64,000 bases of DNA from a virus: IMG/VR virus record IMGVR_UViG_3300044655_002046. One strand, given 5' to 3'. Numbering within the stretch: position 1 is the first letter of the stretch; each line of letters opens with the position of its first letter. Shown in pieces: positions 28,109 to 37,508 of this stretch. The position numbers and the translations under genes are program-made. A model generated the notes under the pieces. The model was given only the letters and a program-made list of their open reading frames with translations, did not search any database and was not told the DNA's origin.

Positions 28109-28828
28109 ATGACAATTACAATGGTAGAGATACCGGCAAGTCAAGAAATTAAAAGTTTTAGGATTGGCAGATATCCTGTGACTCAGGTACAATATCAAGC
28201 AGTAATGGGAGTTAATCCCTCTTACTTTCAAGGTAATCCTCAAAATCCAGTAGAAAATGTCAGCTATGATGATGCTGAAACTTTTTGCCAGAAATTAAGT
28301 AAAGCAACAGGGAAACAATATCGTTTACCAACGGAAGCTGAATGGGAATATGCCTGTCGTGCGGAGACAACTAGCGACTATTATGGAGATTACGCTTGGT
28401 ATATAGGAAATTCTCAGCATACAACTCATCCTGTAGGGCAGAAGAAGCCCAATGCTTGGGGTCTTTATGATATGCGCGGCAACGTCTGGGAATGGTGCCA
28501 GCAGGTTGTAATACGGGGCGGTTCCTGGAACACCAATCCTCGTAACTACCGTTCTATAATTCGCAACGACGATGTCCGCCGCGACATCCGCGACATCCGC
28601 TACGACAGTATCGGTTTTCGAGTGGCAGAAACTATTAGACCAACACTATTAGCTGAAGAGATGTGGGAAGCACAGTTAGATGAACCTCATAAAGATATGA
28701 TCCTATCTGAAGTAGTAGAATACCTAGAGACTCTACAGACTAAAGAGGAAAAAGAAAAGCTTCTGACTGCTATATACTGGTCTGGTTTTCAAACGTCTCT
28801 GGATCACATAGATGATTACAGTTCTTAA
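28109..28828 (+). CDS. FGE-sulfatase protein with C-terminal extension, DGR-target-like #5
   Basis: FGE motifs; VR 28514-28621 with a 9-nt duplication (GACATCCGC x2). Confidence 0.92.
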   Translation: MTITMVEIPASQEIKSFRIGRYPVTQVQYQAVMGVNPSYFQGNPQNPVENVSYDDAETFCQKLSKATGKQYRLPTEAEWEYACRAETTSDYYGDYAWYIGNSQHTTHPVGQKKPNAWGLYDMRGNVWEWCQQVVIRGGSWNTNPRNYRSIIRNDDVRRDIRDIRYDSIGFRVAETIRPTLLAEEMWEAQLDEPHKDMILSEVVEYLETLQTKEEKEKLLTAIYWSGFQTSLDHIDDYSS

Positions 28829-28890
28829 CTCTGCGTTCGCTTGGCTATCAGTTATTAGTTGTCAATTAACAATTATTTAGAAGCAAAAAA

Positions 28891-29547
28891 ATGAGTGATG
28901 CGGATTTTATTCGAGAAGTTGAAGAACTGTACCTGCGTCTTGCTAATGCAGATACAGATAATCTGGTTGAGTTAACTAAACTTGCGGGCTTAGACCCTAA
29001 ACTCGCAATTCAGATTGAAATGGTAAAAGTTCCTGACGCAACTTTTGCAATAGGAAAATATCCTGTGACTCAGGTACAATATCAAGCAGTAATGGGAGTT
29101 AATCCCTCTTACTTTCAAGGTAATCCTCAAAATCCAGTAGAAAATGTCAGCTATGATGATGCTGAAACTTTTTGTCAGAAATTGAGTCAAATAACAGGGA
29201 AAACCTATCGCCTACCGACGGAAGCGGAATGGGAATATGCTTGTCGTGCAGGTACAACCACTGATTATTATTTCGGAGATAATGCCAATCAGTTAGGAGA
29301 TTACGCTTGGTACGAAGACAACTCTGGGATGATGACCCATCCTGTAGGGCAAAAATTACCTAATGCTTGGGGGTTGTACGATATGCACGGCAACGTCTGG
29401 GAATGGTGCGCCGATACTTGGCACAATAAGTGTCTGCGGGGCGGTTCCTGGGGCTTCTTTCCATGCCGCTCCGCGATTGGCATCGGCAACTACCGTTGCG
29501 ACGACCGCGACATCACTTTCGGTTTTCGGGTAGTCTGTGACAATTAG
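28891..29547 (+). CDS. FGE-sulfatase protein with short N-terminal helical module, DGR-target-like #6
   Basis: FGE motifs; VR 29437-29529; ends GGTTTTCGGGTAGTCTGTGACAATTAG as in #3. Confidence 0.92.
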   Translation: MSDADFIREVEELYLRLANADTDNLVELTKLAGLDPKLAIQIEMVKVPDATFAIGKYPVTQVQYQAVMGVNPSYFQGNPQNPVENVSYDDAETFCQKLSQITGKTYRLPTEAEWEYACRAGTTTDYYFGDNANQLGDYAWYEDNSGMMTHPVGQKLPNAWGLYDMHGNVWEWCADTWHNKCLRGGSWGFFPCRSAIGIGNYRCDDRDITFGFRVVCDN

Positions 29548-29624
29548 TTACTAATCAGGTATTTATTAGTTATCAGTTATCAGTTATCAGTTATAATACT
29601 AAATATAACTATTAAGAACAATTT

Positions 29625-29792
29625 ATGAAAATTAACAAAAAGAGTACCAAAAAACTTTGGGATAAAGCGGATCGCCTGATAGTGGTAATAGTAGGAGGCG
29701 CAGCCCTAGGTGGATCGATAGCAGGAATTTATGGTGCAGCTATTGGCGCAATATTAGCGGCGGGCATTGAAATTAAAATAAATTTTTTATAA
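29625..29792 (+). CDS. 55-aa glycine-zipper membrane peptide
   Basis: IVVIVGGAALGGSIAGIYGAAIGAILAAG. Confidence 0.65.
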   Translation: MKINKKSTKKLWDKADRLIVVIVGGAALGGSIAGIYGAAIGAILAAGIEIKINFL

Positions 29793-29845
29793 GGATTGCT
29801 AACATCAGTTATCAGTTATGTCGACAAATAAACAGGAGTAAAAAT

Positions 29846-30022
29846 ATGCTACAAGACATAGCCAGTTATCAACTAAGTTTTTTGAAAATGACCAAATTAA
29901 GAAAATTAGCATCTGAATATGGACTTCCAAAACAACGATGAAATCGGACAATTTTAATTGTCGAACTTAGCAAGGTTATCGACTGGACGACACTGCCAAA
30001 ACCTAAAACAACAGTTGACTAG
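29846..30022 (+). pseudogene. Small HeH/Rho-N-like ORF with in-frame TGA at 29939
   Basis: AGGAG RBS; LSFLKMTKLRKLASEYGLPKQR*NRTILIVELSK. Confidence 0.5.
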
Positions 30023-30085
30023 TTTAAATTTTAGTTATCAGTAGTTAGTTATCATCCATCAAAAACAAAACACTTAGGAGTAAAA

Positions 30086-30289
30086 ATGAAGATTCGTATT
30101 GAAGGTATTTGTGGGTCTAGTAAAATCGGTATAATTATCGACTTAAAATATATACTGTATGTGGCTTATATTTACAAAGATATATTAACAGAAAAGCAGT
30201 ACTACGTAGTTTTTGATCCTATTACTCAACTGCAACCGATTATTACGACAGATAAGCTGTCACCTGGATTGTATCGATGGATCAGTTAA
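30086..30289 (+). CDS. Hypothetical protein
   Basis: 67-aa ORF, AGGAG RBS. Confidence 0.55.
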   Translation: MKIRIEGICGSSKIGIIIDLKYILYVAYIYKDILTEKQYYVVFDPITQLQPIITTDKLSPGLYRWIS

Positions 30290-30341
30290 TTTATTATTTA
30301 TTAGTTATTAGTTATCATCAACGAATTAACAGAAGAGAATT

Positions 30342-30614
30342 ATGTTATCGTTTCAAAAGTTTCAATCTACAATCAAAGAAAATATTCCCTATTATCTTTG
30401 GGAATTTGAGCAAAAGCAATCTTCTAACAATAATGACGAATATTGGGCAAAAATAAAAAATTCACGGATAGGAGTACGTTATTTTTGTCGATTAAATAAG
30501 TTTATCGTCATTTTGCAAAATAACAATAAAGACTATGGCAATCAAACAACTATAGCTACAGATATTAAGTTTATTCACGATGCCGTCGTGAGCTATGTCC
30601 AGTCAGGCTTTTAG
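30342..30614 (+). CDS. Hypothetical protein, distant relative of the 11001/11419 family
   Basis: MLSFQKFQ start and similar leader. Confidence 0.55.
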   Translation: MLSFQKFQSTIKENIPYYLWEFEQKQSSNNNDEYWAKIKNSRIGVRYFCRLNKFIVILQNNNKDYGNQTTIATDIKFIHDAVVSYVQSGF

Positions 30615-30704
30615 AGTATCAATACATGGATTTCTATGGAATTACTGTTTAACCTTAATCAGGGTGTTTATTTTTCTGATAAACCTAACCGCGCACTAAC
30701 AACT

Positions 30705-30875
30705 ATGAATATTATTTCTACTGTCATTTTATCTATTGTAAGTATTGTAATACTCACAATACTTATGTTAACTGTTACTTAGATTATGTTTTATATAATT
30801 GGTTTTTCTTCTGGGTTTATTAAAGCGTTTATTGAAACTTTTGAAGATTTTATCAATACTCGAAAAAATAAATAA
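30705..30875 (+). pseudogene. Small membrane ORF with in-frame TAG at 30780
   Basis: MNIISTVILSIVSIVILTILMLTVT*IMFYIIGFSSGFIKAF. Confidence 0.4.
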
Positions 30876-31011
30876 TCATCATGGATACTGAAATGGAATT
30901 AATGCTTGAAGAAGAATGGGTATATCTGTTAGCAGCTGCATCAAGATTGTTTACTTAGTTTATTAATCAGTTACCAGTAATCAGTTAGTAATTCTCAACC
31001 AAACAAAAAAA

Positions 31012-31560
31012 ATGAAACCTTTACATAAACTGGGTAAATATCATAATCTAGAAAAGTTAAACAGCATAGCAACCGATCCTTGTTATACTGTCAAATTTCC
31101 CATAAGACATGATTATGTAAACCCTCTCTATGATGAGTACGATTACTTTTATACTTTATGGGCTACTCTGGGAGTAGAGTGGCACGTCGATGACATCGAT
31201 AAGGACAGAAAATACTCAATTATTTTAGTTGTTCAAAGCGATAATTATGAGCTTTACGCATCTACAGTAAATAATAAAAAAATAGAAAAACTTTTAAAAA
31301 CAAATCACAATACTAACTTTAGGAGTATAGATGATCAAATAGATTCTTTATTGACTTGCAGAAAAGACACTCAAAGACTAATAGTAAAATCAGGAGATAT
31401 TTTACTATTAGATATATCTTATTATCACAAGCTAGAGAATACAAGAAAAACAAAAGACCCTTTTATTTTTATTAGCTTAGATATTGATTTTATCCCAAAA
31501 ATCAAAGAGTCCGTTAAGGTTGTCAATTATTTTGTCCATGATTTTTTTTGCAAATACTAA
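31012..31560 (+). CDS. Putative 2OG-Fe(II) dioxygenase-like (double-stranded beta-helix) protein
   Basis: WHVDD (HxD), SIILVV strand, GDILLLDISYYHKL (distal His). Confidence 0.65.
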   Translation: MKPLHKLGKYHNLEKLNSIATDPCYTVKFPIRHDYVNPLYDEYDYFYTLWATLGVEWHVDDIDKDRKYSIILVVQSDNYELYASTVNNKKIEKLLKTNHNTNFRSIDDQIDSLLTCRKDTQRLIVKSGDILLLDISYYHKLENTRKTKDPFIFISLDIDFIPKIKESVKVVNYFVHDFFCKY

Positions 31561-31574
31561 TCAGGAGTAAAGCA

Positions 31575-31907
31575 ATGGAAGAATATACAGAAGAGATTAA
31601 AGAAACAATCGAAGAAGAAATTGAAGAAGACGAAGAAACAATAGAAGAAGAAATTGAAGAATGTATGTCTCCAAGCCACTCGGCATTATAAAGTGCAGTG
31701 GAAAAATGTCTGATGACAGATTTTGCCCAAATAACCCTTATGGACTTTATATGTTTGGCAATAGACGGATTTAAGTCAACAGAGTTCGTCTTAACAGAAG
31801 CAGAAGCTCAAAAAGTCTTTGAAGAAAAGAGGCTTAAAGCAATTAAAGCAACCGAGAAAAAACTCGAAAAATTAAAAACTCTACAAATGCAAATTAAGAA
31901 GTATTAA
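31575..31907 (+). pseudogene. Glu-rich N-terminal ORF split by in-frame TAA at 31689
   Basis: AGGAG RBS; MEEYTEEIKETIEEEIEEDEE...SAL*SAVEKCLM, continuing in frame into track ORF 31698..31907. Confidence 0.5.
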
Positions 31908-31909
31908 GC

Positions 31910-32560
31910 ATGAATCTCTTAAGTCGTGGTTGGTGGACAGAACTGACTGCTGATCAAGTGCAACAAATGTTAGTTAAAAGTAGTGATCCTATTTGTTTGT
32001 GTGGACGGGTTAGCAATGTAAATCCCGATCAAACTTTAAACTTTAAAATCCTGTGTAAATTTACATGGGAAACAATCAAACTTGATTTGACATTGACATC
32101 TCTTAAATCTAATCAAATTAAAAAAGATTTAATAGACACCTTAAATTCAGGAGAATACTATATCTGGATCAAAGGAAAAGTCACCTCTTTTTCAGTCCTC
32201 ACGGTTCGTGTCAAAGAGTGGGGTTTCTGCTGGGGTAATTTACTTATTAGCAAATCTCTTGAGTATGATTTAAAGGTTAGTTACGAAAACTTGTCTGACG
32301 ACGCAAGAAAATGGGTTGATACTTTAGAATCATCTACTAATCCAAGAGTTAAACAGCTTTTAGAGTGGTGGTACTGGCAAGGAAGCGGGCGAATAAAAGG
32401 TGTTAACCCTTCTCCTATTGACACTCTTAAATTCTGGGGACTCACGACCTTTATTCCCATTTATACGGGAATCTCTATACCACAATCAATCAGGAAAGAT
32501 TTCGTTCTTTTTAAAAGGGCGTTACTGTTAGCTTCAATGCGTTTAGTCGAAAACGATTAG
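31910..32560 (+). CDS. Hypothetical protein, paralog family A
   Basis: C-terminal L...A..WV..L...TG.SIP..IRKDF.LF shared with downstream genes. Confidence 0.7.
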   Translation: MNLLSRGWWTELTADQVQQMLVKSSDPICLCGRVSNVNPDQTLNFKILCKFTWETIKLDLTLTSLKSNQIKKDLIDTLNSGEYYIWIKGKVTSFSVLTVRVKEWGFCWGNLLISKSLEYDLKVSYENLSDDARKWVDTLESSTNPRVKQLLEWWYWQGSGRIKGVNPSPIDTLKFWGLTTFIPIYTGISIPQSIRKDFVLFKRALLLASMRLVEND

Positions 32561-32632
32561 CGTATTTAGAAGTCTGATTAGTTATTAGTTATCAGTTATC
32601 AGTAAAAATTAACACAATTAGGGAGTAAACCA

Positions 32633-33010
32633 ATGGACACTCAAACCTATCAAATACTAATCGATTCAAGCTACGATGAGTTACCAAGCGAAGCCAAGTA
32701 TTACGTCAATCGCTTAGTTCTTAAAACATCAAAAAAACCCTTTGTGTCGAAAATACTAAAAGGATACCATAGTAGCGCAATCAAATCAAACAACGTAGAT
32801 GTACTTTTAAGTGGTGCGTTTATTGACTCTAATCCATTTAAAAGAGCAGGATGTTTTTGGTACTTAAAAATTAAGATATTCCTGTCTCTTTTTTCGCTAC
32901 TAACAGGGATAGTGATACCTGAACTTCTTAAGAAAAACTTTTGTCTTTTTCTGCAATCTGTCGTCATAGCTTCTTACTATATAGGAAGTAATAAATCTTC
33001 CTTTGATTGA
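32633..33010 (+). CDS. Hypothetical protein, paralog family A
   Basis: YDELPSEAKYYVNRLV...LTGIVIPELLKKNF.LF. Confidence 0.7.
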   Translation: MDTQTYQILIDSSYDELPSEAKYYVNRLVLKTSKKPFVSKILKGYHSSAIKSNNVDVLLSGAFIDSNPFKRAGCFWYLKIKIFLSLFSLLTGIVIPELLKKNFCLFLQSVVIASYYIGSNKSSFD

Positions 33011-33050
33011 GACTACGAATAAAGCAAAACAACTGAAAATAACCTAAAAT

Positions 33051-33482
33051 ATGAGTAACAAAATGATTAGTTACGGAGCTACATTGGAAATCAAAAGTGT
33101 TTGTGATAATTTACCTAAATCAAGAAAAGATTTTATCGCTGATTTAGTCAATGAAGCAAAACAAAAACCACAGTTTTCAGCATTGCTTAAACATTGTTAC
33201 AACCGCACTATTGCCAATGGGCTAGTTTATGCGTTCGGTATAGTAAACGAAAATACTGTACTGTATTTTCGTGAAGTTCTCAAAAATCAACTACTGTTAG
33301 CTATAGTAACATTGTTTCTAAAAGTCGATGTTCCTGACCATCTTAGAAAGAATACTAATCTTTTTGCGGTAGCTACTGCAATAGCTTCAATTATATTTGT
33401 AGAAGGAGAGCTAGATGGTGTATACTTTCTCAGTCTAGAGCATTTTAATCTAGAAAATCCTAAGTGTGCACTAAAAGAGTAA
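33051..33482 (+). CDS. Hypothetical protein, paralog family A
   Basis: DNLPKSRKDFIADLVNEAKQ...VPDHLRKNTNLF. Confidence 0.7.
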   Translation: MSNKMISYGATLEIKSVCDNLPKSRKDFIADLVNEAKQKPQFSALLKHCYNRTIANGLVYAFGIVNENTVLYFREVLKNQLLLAIVTLFLKVDVPDHLRKNTNLFAVATAIASIIFVEGELDGVYFLSLEHFNLENPKCALKE

Positions 33483-33641
33483 AACAGAATCCAAAATACG
33501 GAACATCTCACACTAACTTACAATTCTAATATACCTAACTAAAACATTGCAGATATTCAGCATTATATGGCAGGCAACAGACTACCAGTTCTTATCATTT
33601 ATTAGTTATCAGTAAAAATAAATAACCATAGGAGTAAATAA

Positions 33642-33881
33642 ATGTCTGTGTTTCCAGTTTTCAAGATAATCAGGATGCTTCGATCTCCAAAAAATGACAT
33701 GACAGATTTTATTTTTTTAGGGCAAAAATATCGATTAATAGCAAGACCAATAAAATACTGGAAGGATTTCTCGTGGTTTCGTGGTAAAAAGGTTTTCTAT
33801 CAATGCCCGTGGTTAACGTTTTTCTCTTTTCCTAGCGTCAATCCTAGCGTTTTGCTAGACAATAAAAGTAATTGCTACTAA
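33642..33881 (+). CDS. Hypothetical protein followed by a family A 3' remnant (about 33880-34030)
   Basis: GGAG RBS; downstream DNA aligns with 32900-33045. Confidence 0.5.
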   Translation: MSVFPVFKIIRMLRSPKNDMTDFIFLGQKYRLIARPIKYWKDFSWFRGKKVFYQCPWLTFFSFPSVNPSVLLDNKSNCY

Positions 33882-34053
33882 CAGGTGCATCAATACCTAA
33901 ACTTCTCAAAGAAAACTATGGTCTTTTTATACAATTTCTTGTTATAGCTTCTAGGTATTATGTAAGAAGTAATGTCGGTGAATCTGGTCCCTATTATTGG
34001 GACCACGAATAAAGTAAAACAGGCAAAAATAACCTAAAACAGGAGTAACATCA

Positions 34054-34482
34054 ATGGATATTCAACGCGCAATATTGGTTAGAAACCAATACAATAGCTT
34101 ACCTACCGAAGCTAAACAATACGTTGACGCTTTAGTCAATGAAGCAAAACAGAATCCTAAGTCAAAATACTTAGAACAATTCTATAAAGACGCAATTAAA
34201 GGTAGTGTAATGGATACATACGTACAATTAAAATACAATGATGTCAATGATGCTAATGATGTCAAAAAAGATTGGATTTCGTTTGTAGCTTTTAAAGCTT
34301 GGTTATTTTTTGCCACATTTTTAACAGGCGTTTCTACCCCTAAACAGTTGAAAAAAAATTCTAACTTGTTTATGCTTTCTATAACTATAGCCTCTAATTT
34401 TGTAGTAGAGGGTGATTATAAAGAAATATACGGAACGTCACATATCTGGGGACTAACTTACAATCCTAATGTACTTAACTAA
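34054..34482 (+). CDS. Hypothetical protein, paralog family A
   Basis: YNSLPTEAKQYVDALVNEAKQ...LTGVSTPKQLKKNSNLF. Confidence 0.7.
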   Translation: MDIQRAILVRNQYNSLPTEAKQYVDALVNEAKQNPKSKYLEQFYKDAIKGSVMDTYVQLKYNDVNDANDVKKDWISFVAFKAWLFFATFLTGVSTPKQLKKNSNLFMLSITIASNFVVEGDYKEIYGTSHIWGLTYNPNVLN

Positions 34483-34556
34483 AACATTGCAAATATCCGA
34501 CATTATATGGGGAGCTACAGACTACTAGTTCTTATCATTTATTAGGGAGTAAATAA

Positions 34557-35411
34557 ATGAGCATTAAACCGCAACTTTTCAAGCAATCGTATATGAAACT
34601 TAAAGGCACTATTCGGCTATTTTTAGAAGGTTCAGAAGAGGGCTTAAAGTACCTAGCAGATTTACATCAATCGGGGGAATTGCAAGCTCTTCTCAATGAA
34701 CTTAAATCAGACAATATGCACGAAATTATCGTCACAAAAACAAAGCTCACTACAGATGCAAAAGTTATTGAAAAAGCCGAATTAATTAAGGCAATTCGAG
34801 AGGGAACAATCGATAAGACAACTCTACAACAAGTTGATTTAAGTGGGGCTAATCTGTGGGGGGCTTTCTTGAGTGATGCTAACCTGAGTGAGGCTTACCT
34901 GAGTGGGGCTAACCTGTGGGGGGCCTTCCTGAAAGAGGCTGATCTGAGTGGGGCTATCCTGAGTGGGGCTAACCTGAGTGGGGCTTTCCTGAAAGAGGCT
35001 GACCTGTGGGGGGCCTTCCTAAGAGAGGCTGACCTGAGTGGGGCTGACCTGAGAGGGGCTACTCTGAGTAGGGCTAACCTGAGAGGGGCTACTCTGAGTG
35101 GGGCTAACCTGTGGGGGGCCTTCTTAAGAGAGGCTGACCTGAGTGAGACCATTCTGAGTGGGGCTAACCTAAGAGGGGCTAACCTAAGAGGGGCCATTCT
35201 GAGTGGAGCTAACCTAAGAGGGGCTATTCTGAGTGGGGCTAACCTAAGAGGGGCTAACCTAAGAGGGGCTATTCTGAGTGGGGCTGACCTGAGTGGGGCT
35301 GATGTTGAAAACGCTATCTTTATCGATGCAGCGGGGATCACCTCTGAACAAGAACAGGATTTAATTCGACAAGGGGCAATTCTATTGCGAAATTCTAATG
35401 TACCTAACTAA
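34557..35411 (+). CDS. Pentapeptide repeat protein
   Basis: About 30 A(D/N)L(S/R/W)(G/E) repeats; N-terminal MKLKGTIRLFLEGSEEGL module shared with the 55588 gene. Confidence 0.95.
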   Translation: MSIKPQLFKQSYMKLKGTIRLFLEGSEEGLKYLADLHQSGELQALLNELKSDNMHEIIVTKTKLTTDAKVIEKAELIKAIREGTIDKTTLQQVDLSGANLWGAFLSDANLSEAYLSGANLWGAFLKEADLSGAILSGANLSGAFLKEADLWGAFLREADLSGADLRGATLSRANLRGATLSGANLWGAFLREADLSETILSGANLRGANLRGAILSGANLRGAILSGANLRGANLRGAILSGADLSGADVENAIFIDAAGITSEQEQDLIRQGAILLRNSNVPN

Positions 35412-36081
35412 AACATCACAGATCTCCGACATTATATGGGGAGCAACAGACTACCAGTTCCTATCATTATACAAACCTACCCCTGAAGAAGCAGGACGCT
35501 TTATCCAACTCTGGTTCGAGGATATGGAGCCCCACATTAACTATACGCGGTTACATGCTAGGGTAAGAGGCGGTCAAGATAAGTGTAATAAGCACTATCT
35601 CACTAATGTGCTGGAGTTAGGTATAGTCGCATGGGGGGCCGACTTTTATCATGATAAGAATTCAGTAGACGAATGGCGCATTCACTATTATAGTCCAACA
35701 ATAAGGCGCCTTGTTGAGAGTACCGACCTCCGTATGCCGGGGGGTAATCTGCGCTATTACTGCCAGCTGGCTATGATAGCTAATTCTGACTCCGTTAAAG
35801 GAGTATGGGCTCGTCGTACTCAGCATTATAGGAGAGATAGTTATCAGCGCCATAACCATGGTGAGTTTGGTATGACTAAGGAGGAGATGCAATTAGTAGT
35901 AGAGAATATAGAGCCTATACTCGAGACGGGCCTGTTGATAAAGTGGGGCGATTACTACTACTGGCCCGGCGCGCGAACGCGACATCTGCTGTCTAACAGC
36001 AATAAGGAGCTTCTCATCATGAACAGTGACGCTCTAGAGATAGGTAGACTTAAGCAGAGGAGAAAGCAAAATGCAGGATAA
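35398..36081 (+). CDS. Hypothetical protein
   Basis: 227-aa ORF whose first 24 codons are the junction repeat. Confidence 0.65.
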   Translation: MYLTKTSQISDIIWGATDYQFLSLYKPTPEEAGRFIQLWFEDMEPHINYTRLHARVRGGQDKCNKHYLTNVLELGIVAWGADFYHDKNSVDEWRIHYYSPTIRRLVESTDLRMPGGNLRYYCQLAMIANSDSVKGVWARRTQHYRRDSYQRHNHGEFGMTKEEMQLVVENIEPILETGLLIKWGDYYYWPGARTRHLLSNSNKELLIMNSDALEIGRLKQRRKQNAG

Positions 36082-36445
36082 GGCAATTGATATCGTGAAG
36101 ACATGGGCCTATCAGAATCTAAGCCTAGATTCTGATAATAAATTTATCGTAGTTCATATCAATCGATCTAGTTACGTAGTAAGCGACAATATTAGAGAAG
36201 ACCGGCCTGATGATAATGACGGTGATATGTACTTCCTATCATATATTCATGGTGATGTAGATGTCTCTATCTTCCTGGGTACTAATGGAGATGTAATTGT
36301 CGCTCGTGATAGAATCGATGAAAAGGACGACCCCTCTTTATTAATCGGCAGTATAACCGATATTATAGATGGTAAGGCCCTCTTTCCTATAAGCCGACTA
36401 GATAATCATGACCCCAGAACAGATTCAGAAACTACGCGACAATAA
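36071..36445 (+). CDS. Hypothetical protein
   Basis: 124-aa ORF, overlapping start/stop. Confidence 0.6.
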   Translation: MQDKAIDIVKTWAYQNLSLDSDNKFIVVHINRSSYVVSDNIREDRPDDNDGDMYFLSYIHGDVDVSIFLGTNGDVIVARDRIDEKDDPSLLIGSITDIIDGKALFPISRLDNHDPRTDSETTRQ

Positions 36446-36656
36446 TTGGACCCTAGATAACCTCCAGGGCGTATCAGATAAAGAACTCGATTGGGTACAG
36501 AGCGTACTGGCCCTTCGAGAATACTACGAGGAGACTGGTAGAGAGTTAACCCAGAGCAATATAGACTGGATTAACACCTTTCTCCTTTCTAACTACGAGG
36601 AGAGCGACGCTGATCTACCTCTCGAGCAGCCCGAGCTGCCTCAAGAGCAAACTTAG
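36408..36656 (+). CDS. Hypothetical acidic protein
   Basis: 82-aa ORF. Confidence 0.6.
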   Translation: MTPEQIQKLRDNNWTLDNLQGVSDKELDWVQSVLALREYYEETGRELTQSNIDWINTFLLSNYEESDADLPLEQPELPQEQT

Positions 36657-36825
36657 CCGCCTTATTAATAACACGTGCTCTCTCCTGCTTAGTTAGATTA
36701 CCGTGGCCCCGCAGTTTAAGAGCACTCAATGCGCTGCGCTTATCGAATATAGGGAATTTATCCCCTACTGTACCGTACTGGGCCCGCGCTTCTGCTGTTA
36801 CATTGCCCTTCTTGGTTCTCTTCAT
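36589..36825 (-). CDS. Small basic hypothetical protein (KFPIFDKRSALSAL motif)
   Basis: 78-aa ORF; FPI.D...A..AL motif of a kind seen in small phage proteins. Confidence 0.6.
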   Translation of the reverse strand: MKRTKKGNVTAEARAQYGTVGDKFPIFDKRSALSALKLRGHGNLTKQERARVINKAAKFALEAARAAREVDQRRSPRS

Positions 36826-36953
36826 ATGCGTTGTTGACTAGATATGGTTATGCTGACAGATGGGCGGGCCCTAATAGTAAACTTAGTAGTAGTCCCAATA
36901 TAGAAAATTCTATATTGGAAAACATTTAATTATCTTGAATGTCAAGGTAAAGA

Positions 36954-36998
36954 CCGTTCGGCTGAGCTCACGACCGAAGCCCTCGCTAAAGTGAGGGG
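36954..36998. repeat. REP-like element (CCGTTCGGCTGAGCTCACGACCGAAGCCC)
   Basis: Closely matches the core of the element at 45004-45093. Confidence 0.6.
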
Positions 36999-37072
36999 AG
37001 TGTTAATTAAAGTGCTACAATATTAATGCCCTCACGTCAACAAGGGACTAACCATTTTATTCGACGGCGATT

Positions 37073-37366
37073 TTGGAGATGACTATGAGTAAGGCAATGG
37101 ATGTGACCAGCACTGCAGACGCACAAACTGGTAAGGTTTCGGACATCAAAGTTGTTGGCAACTGTGATGCATTCCAGCTTCTCTTTAAAGCCAGCAGCGA
37201 GGAACAAGGTTGGATGAAGTCGTGTAAAGCAATGGAGACACCAGGTGGATGCGTCGTGCAAGTGACGACACAGCAGAACGACAATGTGGCTGAAGCGTTG
37301 ACGTTTGTTCCAGGTGTCAAGATTGCAGAAGACATCAACGGCGGACGAAAGCTCGTTTCGCTGTAG
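37073..37366 (+). CDS. Conserved phage hypothetical protein
   Basis: KASS..QGWMKS.KAME..GCVVQVTTQQ...AEALTFVPGV; composition differs from flanks. Confidence 0.7.
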   Translation: MEMTMSKAMDVTSTADAQTGKVSDIKVVGNCDAFQLLFKASSEEQGWMKSCKAMETPGGCVVQVTTQQNDNVAEALTFVPGVKIAEDINGGRKLVSL

Positions 37367-37508
37367 TCTTTGGTGTTTGTTTGATGGGCGGCATCTTTGG
37401 GTGTCGTCCGTCGAACAAGGAGTCAATATAGCTAATTCTAGTTTACAGCCTTTTGCCAGCTTGTTTAAATTGCTAGATTGTGCTAAAATTAAATGAAGTG
37501 GAGAATTT

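Larger units (their letters stand above)
26251..33612. repeat. Intergenic TTATCAG heptamer tandem repeats at most gene junctions (also at 9941, 10195, 10945, 11370)
   Basis: Perfect or degenerate (TTATCAG)n at about 26251, 26875, 28848, 29568, 29806, 30034, 30300, 30967, 32578 and 33601, each followed by an RBS and ATG. Confidence 0.85.
33515..35470 (+). repeat. Three copies of an ~85-bp junction repeat (about 33515-33604, 34455-34544, 35391-35470)
   Basis: AATTCTAAT(A/G)TAC(C/T)TAACTAAAACAT...ATTATATGG...CAGACTAC(C/T)AGTTC(T/C)TATCATT. Confidence 0.85.

Noticed and set aside
18474-31907. Stop-codon reassignment (alternative genetic code)
   Set aside because: The interruptions use all three stop codons, long core genes are uninterrupted and end with TAG, TGA or TAA, and there is no suppressor tRNA
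34895-35341. Minus-strand ORF with APLR repeats (also 55827..56381)
   Set aside because: Antisense shadow of the pentapeptide repeats
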